From an uncultured delta proteobacterium (GTDB lineage Bacteria > Myxococcota_A > Polyangia > Polyangiales > Polyangiaceae): a DNA stretch of 64,000 nucleotides. The translations under genes and the position numbers were made by a program. Positions 54,505 to 64,000 of the stretch are shown here, piece after piece (positions within the stretch are counted from its first letter, which is position 1; each line of letters begins with the position of its first letter). Under the pieces are notes generated by a model. The model did no database searches. It was not told where the DNA came from and saw only the letters and a list, made by a program, of their open reading frames with translations. The stretch lies in assembly GCA_963806225.1 (NCBI GenBank), contig CAWDXG010000004.1, positions 4,224,001-4,288,000 of the forward strand, given 5' to 3'.

Positions 54505-55158
54505 TCACGGCGCAGCGTCGGGAGCACCCGCCGCGCCGCTGTCGGCGCCGCCCGCCCCCCCGTCAGCGCACGGCACCGTCTGGAACGCCGCCGAATGGCA
54601 GTCCGGCTCGACGAAGTCCGGAGCGCCGGCAATGCACGTGGCAATGCCCTGCACGTAGTCGTGGAAGACCGCCGCAAGGAGCTTCCCCTTCACCGCGTCG
54701 AAGTAGTAGCTAGTCCCGAAATCGGCGCCGTCCGCACGAAGCACATGATAGGCGCCGCAAGTGTCAGCAGACTGGAGAGAGCCGACCTTTCCCGGCGGAT
54801 ACACGGAACAGAACGCCGTCACATCGGCAGGCCAGGCCATACAGTCGCCACCCGAAGCGCACCAGTCGGGCACGCTCTCCTGGCATGCGGTCCAGCAAAC
54901 GAACCCGGGCCCATAGGGGCTGGCGTCGCAGACCGGCCCGGGGGCATCGCTGCCGATCTCGTTCCCGACATCTGCGGGCGCGTCCGTCGCATCCACGCTT
55001 CCATCCGCGCCGGAGTCCACCTGCGGAGCGTGCCCGGCGCCTTTCGACGGCTGGCATCCCGACAGGACCGCAGCGACGCAGGCAAGACCGAGGAGCACCG
55101 CGAGCATGGGATGCACGCCGCTTCGTTCGCTTTCGCTGGAATGTTCCTTGCGCGTCAT
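54505..55158 (-). CDS. Hypothetical Cys-containing lipoprotein
   Basis: MLAVLLGLACVAAVLSGC lipobox; downstream of and co-oriented with the 55164-57338 gene; start uncertain. Confidence 0.6.
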   Translation of the reverse strand: MTRKEHSSESERSGVHPMLAVLLGLACVAAVLSGCQPSKGAGHAPQVDSGADGSVDATDAPADVGNEIGSDAPGPVCDASPYGPGFVCWTACQESVPDWCASGGDCMAWPADVTAFCSVYPPGKVGSLQSADTCGAYHVLRADGADFGTSYYFDAVKGKLLAAVFHDYVQGIATCIAGAPDFVEPDCHSAAFQTVPCADGGAGGADSGAAGAPDAAP

Positions 55159-55163
55159 GTCGC

Positions 55164-57338
55164 TCACCAGCTGTCCATGTCGGGTCGCGTGTACTCGTAC
55201 ACCGATGACTGTGCGAGCCAAGGCGACTGGCCCTTGTTCCAGTATTTGTGGTCAAGCGTCGGAGACAGGCCCGATGCCACGTCGACGTAGCCGTCCCCGC
55301 GATCGACGGCCCCCACTCCCATGGCGAGACTGTACCCCGGATTCCCCCAGCTCTCCCATCCGTAGCGAGTTCCGTGATCGTACCAGTTGTGCCACATGCT
55401 CCCGTCCGTGGTAAGTGCGAAGACTTCGATCCGGTGCGCGCCGCGCGACGCAGCGTCCACTGTAACGACGTTCCCGGTGCTCGGCGGATGACCCCAGTCG
55501 TTCCAGCCTTGGATGCCCGCCCCATCGACGTTGCTTGTGTACCCGTGCCAGACGTGCGGTGGGTCCTCGGAATGGGAAACAAAGAACACATCGGCCCAGT
55601 AGACCTCCTCCGACGCCGTGGTGGGGCGTGAATCGATGCTGATCCCGGACGGCGCCCCCCAGTCGTCCCAGCCATAGAGCGTGCCGTTCTTCAAGTGCCT
55701 GTGGTAGATGCTGCGCGCGCCCGTGGTCACATCCTGACCAACAACCACCACGTCGACGCGGCCCGCACGGTAGGAGAAGGCATCGGGGGAGTACGGGATC
55801 GTGGTATTCGACGGCCTACCCCATGCGCTGTCCCAGCCCCCGGAGGTCGGGGGCCACAGATCCATGTGGTAATGCGCGACGTTGCCGACAGTCCCGATTG
55901 CGAAGATGTCTTCGTGGCCCCTGCCCCACGCCGCGGCACCCGGCCCCCAGACGTAGTAGCCTCCCGTCTTCAGGGGATAGCCCGACAGGTGTCCCAGATT
56001 GTACACGCCTCCCCCGAAATACGGAATCCAGTCCAGGTTGCCGGCCGAGTCCACGAAGTAGTAGTCCTCGTGGTTCGGGTGCGAGATCACGCAGGCGTCG
56101 CCACCCACATCGAGATTCCTGTCGTTGCTCCAGAGGGCCGGGACTGTATAGTCGGCGGTCGGACTTTCGCCCACCGTCAGGCTGCCCGGCGTTGTCCCGA
56201 AGGAAGGCGGGGCGCATCTGTCCGCTATCTCGCAGTGGCAACCGCCCTGCCAGCCCTTGTGTTCGGGATACATCGGATCGGTGATCGACTCGGCGACCTC
56301 GTGTTCGATCACCCCGGTGGCATTGGCGGAATAGGCGGCTTCGATCCAGATGGCGTCATTGTGGCCTCCGGTGCGCGCCGTGTGATCGTGCCTCATGTAC
56401 CCCGGATCCGGAATCGATGGCGGTAGCGCGATCAGGATGATTGCGTCGTCGGGCGGGTTGAAATGGGCGACCGCAGCGTTGGTCTCGGCAACGAACTGAT
56501 CACGCGTCGGATAGCCTGCCGGGAGAGGGTCCGTTTCGTCGAACCACTCGACTCCACTGAAGAGATCGCTCGGATTGCCGGCATATTGGCCGGTGCCGTC
56601 GTCGTACTGTTCGACGGCTGCCAGCCACCTGGACCCGCCGAGATTCTGGAGAAAGTCCTTCCACTTCGGGATCTCCCCGTCAGGATCGACAGGGGGCGAA
56701 CCCCAGCCCCACCAGTCGATGTAGATCCTCGGGTGGTGCAAGACGGTCCCCGACGAGTCCATCAACACCATGTCGTTTTGACAGTCACAGTTTCCTCGAC
56801 CGCAGGCGCAGAAGTACGTCGGATTCGTGGGTTCGGTGAACGTGGACGAAAACGCCGTGGAGTCAGTTCCACCCGGGCAGCAGAAAGTCGAAAATCCATC
56901 CGTCCGGTCCTCGCCGGATCTGTCGCACGCTTGCGGGATAACGATGCGCCCCGGCCCGCACTGGATCTTCACGGGCGTCACGCCGCGACAGTTTCCGACG
57001 GGATCCCGGATCACCTTGCATTGTGCAAACTTGTCACTGCTGGGGAGGGTCGTACTTCCGGCGTCACCAGTGCCTGCGTCTGCGGCTTGAGCGAGCCCAG
57101 TGCGTTCAACGCGGGCGCTGGAATCACGGTTCCCGGCAGAGGAGCACGCGACTATCGAAAAGAGAACGCCGCATCCCAGCAGAATGCCGCCGCCGATCGC
57201 GCCGCGGCGAGCACGAAAAGGCACGCGCACAGTCCCGCGCACCAGAGCAGCGCGCGCCGTGCTATCCTGATCGCTGATCGCTGAATCGCTGAATCGCTGA
57301 ATCGCTGAATCGCTGATCGCCGACGCCTTGCCCGCCAT
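55164..57338 (-). CDS. Large secreted protein with HExxE-type domain and Trp-rich lectin-like propeller repeats
   Basis: RBS-like ggaagggag before ATG 57338; hydrophobic segment ending IVAC; EHEVAESITDP; repeats such as GWDDWGAP, GWNDWGHP, GWESWGNP. Confidence 0.65.
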   Translation of the reverse strand: MAGKASAISDSAIQRFSDSAISDQDSTARAALVRGTVRVPFRARRGAIGGGILLGCGVLFSIVACSSAGNRDSSARVERTGLAQAADAGTGDAGSTTLPSSDKFAQCKVIRDPVGNCRGVTPVKIQCGPGRIVIPQACDRSGEDRTDGFSTFCCPGGTDSTAFSSTFTEPTNPTYFCACGRGNCDCQNDMVLMDSSGTVLHHPRIYIDWWGWGSPPVDPDGEIPKWKDFLQNLGGSRWLAAVEQYDDGTGQYAGNPSDLFSGVEWFDETDPLPAGYPTRDQFVAETNAAVAHFNPPDDAIILIALPPSIPDPGYMRHDHTARTGGHNDAIWIEAAYSANATGVIEHEVAESITDPMYPEHKGWQGGCHCEIADRCAPPSFGTTPGSLTVGESPTADYTVPALWSNDRNLDVGGDACVISHPNHEDYYFVDSAGNLDWIPYFGGGVYNLGHLSGYPLKTGGYYVWGPGAAAWGRGHEDIFAIGTVGNVAHYHMDLWPPTSGGWDSAWGRPSNTTIPYSPDAFSYRAGRVDVVVVGQDVTTGARSIYHRHLKNGTLYGWDDWGAPSGISIDSRPTTASEEVYWADVFFVSHSEDPPHVWHGYTSNVDGAGIQGWNDWGHPPSTGNVVTVDAASRGAHRIEVFALTTDGSMWHNWYDHGTRYGWESWGNPGYSLAMGVGAVDRGDGYVDVASGLSPTLDHKYWNKGQSPWLAQSSVYEYTRPDMDSW
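57267..57319. repeat. Simple sequence repeat (ctgatcg)2(ctgaatcg)4(ctgatcg)1
   Basis: Read directly; lies just inside the 5' end of the 55164-57338 ORF. Confidence 0.9.
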
Positions 57339-57603
57339 GTCCCGCTCCCTTCCGCGCCCCCAGTCCGGCGCCTGGAATGATGATGCCGGTTTCTCGGTGG
57401 AACTACAAAGGAGGATTCCGTCCGGGCGGAAGATAGGTGGGCACATGTGCGCCCGGGAGGCGCGGCGCGTCATCGAGGAAGGCCAGGCGAACCAACCTGC
57501 ATCCGCAGGGGCAACGCGGTGGCGGCAGGGGGTGGAGCGGCGCGGCGGTGGACAGGCCGGCGAAGCCGAGCCAAGCTGGGGCTGTGGCCTAACAGCTGGA
57601 AAT

Positions 57604-57631
57604 GGTTAACATAATTGTCCTTATGCGACGT
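57604..57631 (-). other. dif-like XerC/XerD recombination site
   Basis: Minus strand ACGTCGCATAA-GGACAA-TTATGTTAACC versus E. coli dif GGTGCGCATAA-TGTATA-TTATGTTAAAT (11-6-11). Confidence 0.75.
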
Positions 57632-58250
57632 TGGCAGGCGTAGAGCCCGAGCAGCGCCGCCGCCGCCAGCGGCGCGAACGGCGCGCGGCCGACGCGCGCA
57701 CACAGCGCGCGCAGCCCGAGCGTCGCGGCGACGGCGATGGTGGGCACGACCGGCAGGGCGAAGCGGTAGAGCCCCATGAAGTCGCCGCCCACCGCCCCCA
57801 CGTAGGCCCAGAAGACGGCGCAGATGAGCCCCGTCCAGCCGAGCAGCCGCCGCACCGCGTGCCGCGAGGCGCCGCGCTGGCCGAGGCCGGCGAGGGCGAG
57901 CGCGGCCATGCCGTAGAGCCAGAAGGTGTCGATGTAGCGCCACAGGTAGTGCAACCCGCGCTGCAGGGTGCCGGCGCCGCCGGAAGACTTGATGTAATAG
58001 GTGTTGGGCAGCCACCAGCCGTAGTAGTGGTGGCGCCACAGCACGTGCGGCACCACCAGCGCGAGGTAGATCGCCACCCACAGAAGCTCGTCGCGCCGCG
58101 GCACGAACCGCCGCCGCCGGATCATCCCGAGGCAGCGGTGCGCGCACGCGAGCGCGAAGAAGAGGTTCCCCTCGGGGCGGGTGAGCGCGGCGAGGCCGAA
58201 GGCGACCGCCGCCCAGCGGCGCAGCGGCGCGGCGAGCGGGTCGTCGGCGG
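57632..58250 (-). pseudogene. Internal fragment of a polytopic membrane protein (GT-C glycosyltransferase-like)
   Basis: LAALTRPEGNLFFA, YYGWWLPNTYYIK, GGDFMGLYRFALPVVP; frameshifted; ends at the dif-like site. Confidence 0.65.
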
Positions 58251-58366
58251 CCGGCGGCGGCCTGGTCGGCTCGCCGGCGTGAAGGGCTGATGCAGTTGCC
58301 CCGCGCTCTGCACGTCGCTCGACGGTGCGGCGCGCGAACGCGCGCGCCGCGGGCCCGCCAAGGCCG

Positions 58367-59412
58367 ACTATGAGGCGGCACCAACGTCAACCGTTTCTGT
58401 GTTTTTTCTCTAGGCATTTTCGCGTTTGGTTCGTCATTGGGTCGGGAGGAGCCACTCGCACGGGCAGTTCTCCCCCCTCTCCGTCGCTATGGACGGCGTG
58501 GAAATCGGGCGCCGGGGCTTGCGGTGGCAGCTACGAGGTGTTGTCGGTCGACTATTCGCGCTCGGTGAGGGCCGGCATGTGTTTGCCATTGTGGCCCGGC
58601 GGCGCAGTTTGGGGTTCGAAGAGGAGGCGGGGCGCAGTCTGACGCACACAGGCTGCTCAGTGCGGCGTGAATGACCGTCCTGAGGGCACCGGCCTTGTCG
58701 CGCTCACCGACCACCAACTTGACCGCTCTGCTGTCGCGCTTTGCGGCGCTGGTTTCTGGGGGGAAGACCTACTGGATCTTGCTCACCTCCATTGTCTTTG
58801 GCGGCCGTGCGCGGTGCCGCCGGAATTTCGCTGCCGCGCGCTCGAGCGCTGCCGCACGGAGTTCGGTGTCCTGTGCAGCCTTGCGCAAACCGCGTGCTCC
58901 GGCGCGGGCTGCAAGCTCGGGGTCGTAGATGGTGCCGTCGCGCCACATGGCCCACAGCACTCCCGAGAGGCGGCGCGCCAGTGCAATCACGGCGATGCGC
59001 TTGCCCCGGCGCTCGGCGATGGCCAGTGCCCAGCGCTGCAGCGGGTCGGTCCGACCGGGCTGGCGCAGCATGACCCAGGCCGACTGCACCAGCAGCGCGC
59101 GCAGGTAGCTGTTGCCGTGCTTGCTGATCGCGCCCAGCCGACGCTTGCCGCCGGTCGTATCTTCGCTAGGCACGAGCCCCAGGTAGGACTCCACCTGGTG
59201 GGCGTTGCCAAACCGGCCGGCTTCGTCGATCACCGAGACGAACTGCGCCGCAACGATCAGACCGACACCCGGCACGGTGCCGAGCTGGGAGACAATGGGC
59301 TCGCGTGCGCAGAGCTCTTGCAGTTGCTGCTCGACGGCAGCGAGCTGTTGCTGAAGCGGACCCAGCACAGCCAGCAGAGGGTCGATGGCTGCCTGGACCT
59401 TCTCGTCGAGCG
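58367..59412 (-). mobile_element. IS110-family (IS1111-group) remnant: C-terminal transposase 58769-59412 plus ~400-bp 3' non-coding end
   Basis: TVPGVG, RFGNAHQVESYLGLVP, GAISKHGNSYLRALL, AVIALARRL; 5' part replaced by IS91 copy D. Confidence 0.85.
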
Positions 59413-59413
59413 C

Positions 59414-60052
59414 CGGCGGCCGTGCATCCCCCGCGTTTCAATACGGTGAGGTACGGCGGGGTCCTCGCTGCACACAGCAAATGGAGAGCGCGCATTGTTC
59501 CGCCGCCGCCGCCGCCGGGCGACGACAAGAACGACAACGACAACGACGCGCACTGCGCGACGTGCAGCGCGAAGAAGAAGGGCAAGCCGCCCACGCATCG
59601 CTGCGGGTATCGCCCATGGCGCGAGTTGCTCCGCCGCAGCTTCAAAATCGACGTCGAGCAGTGCGAGCACTGTGGCGGCAGGATGAAGCTCCGCGCGCTG
59701 GTCGTCACCGCTGCCGGCATCGTGCGCTATTTGAAGTGGCTCGGCGAGCCCACCGAGCCGCCCACGCTCGCGCCCGCGAGGGGGCCGCCCTTCTTCAAGA
59801 GCCGCGTCATCCGCCGCCGGCTCGGAGAGCCCGTGCAGGCGGAGCTGTTCGACGCGCCCTGAACGCGCGCTCGCAAGGGCGGGGATCCGACCGGAGGCGG
59901 GGTGGTCGTGCGCGGGCGACGCGCGGGAGGCCGGACGCCCCGCCGGCGGGCATTCCGCGGAGCTCGATCGGGGCGTAGACTGTCCGGGCGAGGCCGGGAG
60001 AGTGACGTGGGGCAACCAGGAGCAACGAGCAGAGGGCGTTCATCCTACCTAC
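59414..60052 (+). mobile_element. IS91-family element copy D (3' part only, ori end intact)
   Basis: Matches copies B and C from AAVHPPRF to gttcatcctacctac. Confidence 0.9.
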
Positions 60053-60086
60053 CGGCCGCGCGTTGGCCAGCCGCGCGCAGTCTCGC

Positions 60087-61064
60087 TCATCTCGATGGGT
60101 CGGCGCAGCAACGGAAGCCAAGTCCGACAGCAACTTGCTCCATGGACGGGAAACCGACGCTCTCGGCGCAGCCCAGCGTCTGGTCCCATGCCGTTCCGCT
60201 GGAAACGCAACCTTCGCCCGGCACGCTGCACATGTTCTGCCACTCTGCAACGCTGCCGCTCACGTCGTACACGCGATCGAAGGGCCCAGTGGTGCCGCGA
60301 CACTGACGATCAGCAGTGTCCGTCACGTCGAGGGCGCCTGCACCGTGCTGCTGCACCCAGGTCTGGTCGATGCAGCGGCCGGGTTGGTAGGTGTTGCCGT
60401 AGGGGTAGGTCGTCTTTCCCTGCTGGGTGCATGCGTTCATGAATTCGCTCTGCGGGCTCTCGGCAACGGTCTTGACGAAGGTTCCCCACTGCTGCGGGGT
60501 CAGCTTCGACTGGTTGTCGATGCGTTCGGAGCCCTTGCCCACCCGGCCGCAAAGCCGCTTGCCTGCCCACTCGCAGTAGGCGAGTGCATCGCAGAAGTCG
60601 ACGCAGCCGACGGCCTGGTTCGGGCGCATGCTGTTCCAGTCCGCCTCCCGGCAGAAGAACGGCGTGCCCGGCTGGGTGTCGGCGTCAGCGGTCTGCAGCG
60701 CGGGCGTGAAGCTGGTGTTCCAGGAGCACGCGCTGGGCTGGCCCGAGGTATCCCCGGCCCTCGCCTTGACGAACGCATCGTACTCGGCGCGCGTCGTCTC
60801 GCGGACGTCCATGCAGTACTTCGAGCCGTCGGGAGCCGGCAGCAGCACCATGGCGGGGCCTTCGCCGGACGGGCACTCCGGTCCTGAAGCTACCCCGCCC
60901 GCGCCGTCAGCTGTGCTGCCCGGCGCGGGTTCGGGTGAAACGGACGTCTCCTCCTTGCACGCGCCGGCGGTCGCCAGCGTCACGGCCACGATGGCCAGCC
61001 AGGGCGGTGCACGTCCGATCCAAGAATGTCCTGTCGGGGATTTCATCACAACACCTCCATCCAT
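60087..61064 (-). CDS. FGE-sulfatase-like domain lipoprotein, copy 2
   Basis: Protein identical to 45058-46035. Confidence 0.8.
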   Translation of the reverse strand: MDGGVVMKSPTGHSWIGRAPPWLAIVAVTLATAGACKEETSVSPEPAPGSTADGAGGVASGPECPSGEGPAMVLLPAPDGSKYCMDVRETTRAEYDAFVKARAGDTSGQPSACSWNTSFTPALQTADADTQPGTPFFCREADWNSMRPNQAVGCVDFCDALAYCEWAGKRLCGRVGKGSERIDNQSKLTPQQWGTFVKTVAESPQSEFMNACTQQGKTTYPYGNTYQPGRCIDQTWVQQHGAGALDVTDTADRQCRGTTGPFDRVYDVSGSVAEWQNMCSVPGEGCVSSGTAWDQTLGCAESVGFPSMEQVAVGLGFRCCADPSR

Positions 61065-63404
61065 GGGTCGCCGAACGTGCGGCTATGCTCGGTTTGGAAC
61101 CCGCTGCTCGAAGTGAGCCAGCGCACGATGCCCTGGTCCGGATCGACGATCAGCAGGTCGTTCAGACCGTCCCCGTCCATGTCGGACACGCTGTAGACAG
61201 CTGTCCGACGGCGTTGGGCTCCGGCGGTCGTGTCCAGGACGTGCTCCGCGCCGCTGCAGTCGGACCAAGTCGTGTTCTTCTCGTACAGCGTGAACGGCCA
61301 TCCGCTATAGCTTCCGCCGTCGAACATGAACATGTCGGACTGGCCATCGCCGTTCCAGTCTATCCCGCCAATCGGTGCCGAGTCGGGGGTTCCCAGTATA
61401 CAGCCGCCGGTCACGCTCGCGGAGGACACCGGATTCATCATCATGTTCCACGTGCCGTCCTGCGGATAGAAGACGACGGCGGACAGTCGCGATTTCAGCG
61501 AATACCACGACCCATTCCAGCACCATCGAACGTAGCGCTGGCCCGCCACGGGCACCACGCCGGCGACATCCGTGAGGCTGCCGTTCATGTGCGGGATGAA
61601 GTTGGTCGAGAACTGTCGCGTGATCATCTGGGATGCGTCCCAGTTCTGCATCGAGCCTACCAGCTTGAACTGCGCCGTCATCGGCTCGTAGACGGCCAGA
61701 TCCGCCTCGTCGTCGCAGTCGTACTGCCCTGGCAGCGGGACGGCGCCAGAATCTGCGCTGGAGATGGTCACCTTCGTGTAGTTCGACCAGGATAGTTCCT
61801 TGAAGTAGTAGGCGCCGTTGGAAGGCCGGTACACGGCCAGTGCGTCGGGGGCCGAGCCGTCGAAATCGAGGCCGGGCTCGGGCGCGTCCTCACGCCACCC
61901 GAACTGGGTCACGGTTGGGCTCGAGCAGCTGGTGGTGGGGCACCAGCGCCAGTAGCCAGCATGATCGGTTGGGTCGTCGCGGTTGATGCCGCCGCCGGGC
62001 TGGTAGACGGCGAGATCTGTATGCCCGTCGCCTGTGTAGTCCGCCGGGACGGGCGTGTCCCCCAGCCCGCCGAAGGCCACGTCGATGTCCTGTCCGGAGA
62101 CCTGGCTGTAGCCATTGCCGCTCAGCAGCACGATGAACTCGCCGCTCACACCCAGCGTCTTCGGCGGGATCCAGACCCCGATATCGCGCAGGCCGTCGCC
62201 ATCGAAGTCCAGCTTGGCGCCCGGCTGCCGCTGGCGCCAGCTGCCGAGACGCGTGCGAAGACCGCCAGTGGTGGGCACCGGGTAGTTGAAGCCATCGTAG
62301 ATTGCGTTGTAGTTGGCCGTCGTGAACTGCTGTTCCCAGCGCAGGAACTTGCGCACGATCTCGACCTGCGAGTCGCTGATGTTCTTGGGCCGCGCCGCCG
62401 TGTTGCTGGTGTAGGCCATGATGTTCTCGCCGTAGTCGGCATTGCCTTGCGGAAAGCTCAGGCCCTTCAAACCCGCGTGGCCGGTCTGGAGGGTCTCGTA
62501 GTAGGTTGCGGAGGCCCCGACCCTGCAGGTCATGATGCCGGCCGCGCCGATGCTGCAGTTGTCTGCGTCTCCGGGAGTGGCTCTGGACGGCCTGTTGTTG
62601 ATCAAGCGGAGGGAACCCTCGTCGGCTTCCGCTTGGCCGAGATCGTCGTAGTACTTGTTCGGATTGGCGGGGCTGGTGCCCCACTTGTAGACCAGGTCCC
62701 AACGGTCGGAACGCTTCCAGGGCTGCTGCGTGCTCGGGTCATTGTGGTCGTTGAACTGGAAGGTATGCGCCAGGCCGAGGAAGTGCCCGATCTCGTGGGC
62801 GGCGTAGTAGGGGTGGTAGGCGAGAGGCGGCTCGTTCCAGATGCAGCTGCGGCCCTCCGAGGGGAAATTGCAGGTGTTGTCTCCGTACGCCTGCTTGAGC
62901 CAGACCGTAATCTCGTTGGGCTCCGCGTAGACGGCGGCGACGGCGCGGAGCCAGTCTGGTTTGCTCTTCTGCTTTCCGGCAAGCCACGCGTCTGTCGGCG
63001 CGCCGGGAAACGGTGTTGCTGCGTTCGGATTGTGGGCAAGCTCTGCTTCAACCGAGCTCCAAGAATGCGGGCTGCCCCAAGGTGTCATGTCGTAGAAATC
63101 CGGCATCACGTACGACTCGACCGAGCGGATCCAGAACTGCACGCCGGCCGCCTTCCATATCTGGTTCGCGTCCTGGACGTTCAGCAGCAGAGCCTGCGGC
63201 ATTGTCGCACGCGCTCGGGCTGTCCAGCATGCGGATGAAGCGGACCGGGATGATCCGTTCCGACCCGTTCGCGCTCAGGCTCTGGTGCGTCGTGCGAGTG
63301 CTACTCCCGAGCTGGTTAGGCCGGCTGGACGCGTTCCCGCAGCCGCAGGCGGTCAACGCCATCATGGAACTTCCGACTCCCAATCCCGCGACCCACCTCA
63401 TCAT
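61046..63404 (-). CDS. Zinc metalloprotease with FG-GAP repeats, copy 2 (same leader frameshift)
   Basis: Differs from copy 1 at two residues (PTTS/PTTG, HTNL/HTDL). Confidence 0.8.
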
Positions 63405-63689
63405 GAAAGCCTGCGCCCCCCCCCCCCCGGAGTTGTCAAGCGCATCTGCCGGGTTTCTGCGAGGGGGAGGGCGACGGAGTCGTCGACCAGGGCTTCGAGC
63501 GCGATGGGATCGCCGAGAGGGCGAAGCCGACGCCCGTTGCGCGCGCGCTCTGCGTCACTTGACGGAGCCGAGCGCGTCGCGCTGGCGGCCGCCACCGGCG
63601 GACCGCCGTGTCGCCACCCCGCCGCGCGCACGAAATAGCGCTAATCACCGCTCCGCCGTGCCGGCACGCCGCTTGCGCAGGCGCGCGGT

Positions 63690-64000
63690 GTGTCTGCCGC
63701 GTCCGCCGCGTCTGCCGCGTTCGCCGCGTCTGCCGCGTCCGCCGCCCGGGTCCTTCGCCCGGACGAATCGCCGGACGGTTCGACCTACGACCTGCGCAAG
63801 GCGCGCTGCGCGGCGATCTGGAATTCGGAGCGGCAGGTGTTCGAGGGGACCTTCCAGAGCGCTGCCAGCGTGAGCACCGTCCCACCGCCCGGCGCGGTGC
63901 CGCCGGTGCTCTCCGACTGGGAAACTGCCGTGCTCACTCTTTCGACCGACTACGGCGTCACCCTACAATTACCCCTGGATCTCCCCGTCGCCGATCCCCC
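63690..64000 (+). CDS. Chimeric ORF: IS91 transposase start fused in frame to unrelated sequence (runs off window)
   Basis: GTG-SAASAASAAFAASAASAA then RVLRPDESPDGSTYDLRKARCAAIWNSERQVFEG..., open to the window end. Confidence 0.5.
   Translation, partial: MSAASAASAAFAASAASAARVLRPDESPDGSTYDLRKARCAAIWNSERQVFEGTFQSAASVSTVPPPGAVPPVLSDWETAVLTLSTDYGVTLQLPLDLPVADP

Larger units (their letters stand above)
60052..63746. repeat. Copy 2 of the ~3.7-kb direct duplication
   Basis: Starts exactly at the ori end of copy D and ends inside the IS91 5' SAA repeat. Confidence 0.95.

Noticed and set aside
44913..60052. Recurring ~42-bp motif as a CRISPR repeat or integron attC array
   Set aside because: Copies are kilobases apart, mostly attached to IS91 3' ends, and there is no cas or integrase gene; explained as the IS ori end.

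Overview
High-GC bacterial chromosomal segment, very probably Myxococcota (Polyangia-like), based on the mglBA operon, many Gly/Cys-rich lipoproteins and a MYXO-CTERM-like tail. Bases 1 to ~43.2 kb are mostly housekeeping and accessory genes: ligA, tlyA, a btuF-like gene, comEC, hpt, suhB, rarA, yggS, an orphan FliN/YscQ-like gene, two TPR/DUF3857-transglutaminase proteins, mglB-mglA, recX, rne/rng and others. Several single-base frameshifts here (about five in essential ligA) are probably sequencing/assembly errors. From ~43.4 kb to the end is a mosaic island built around an IS91-family (rolling-circle) element: one full copy, three truncated copies, extra isolated end motifs and a 5'-end fragment. 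Its cargo is almost entirely secreted or surface protein genes, and it includes a 3.7-kb near-identical duplication, an IS110/IS1111 remnant with its 3' non-coding region and a dif-like XerC/D site. The main result is a diversity-generating retroelement (DGR) footprint at 50.8-53.2 kb. Two DUF1566/Lcl-type target genes share a 168-bp 3' repeat that differs at 21 positions, 20 of them in codon positions 1-2 and mostly in NNC/NNT codons, as expected from adenine-specific mutagenesis of an AAC-rich template. The genes flank an internally deleted RT (YVRYVDDF) with a MutS-I-like tail. I found no template repeat or avd in the window. All calls come from reading the sequence by eye; no searches were run.
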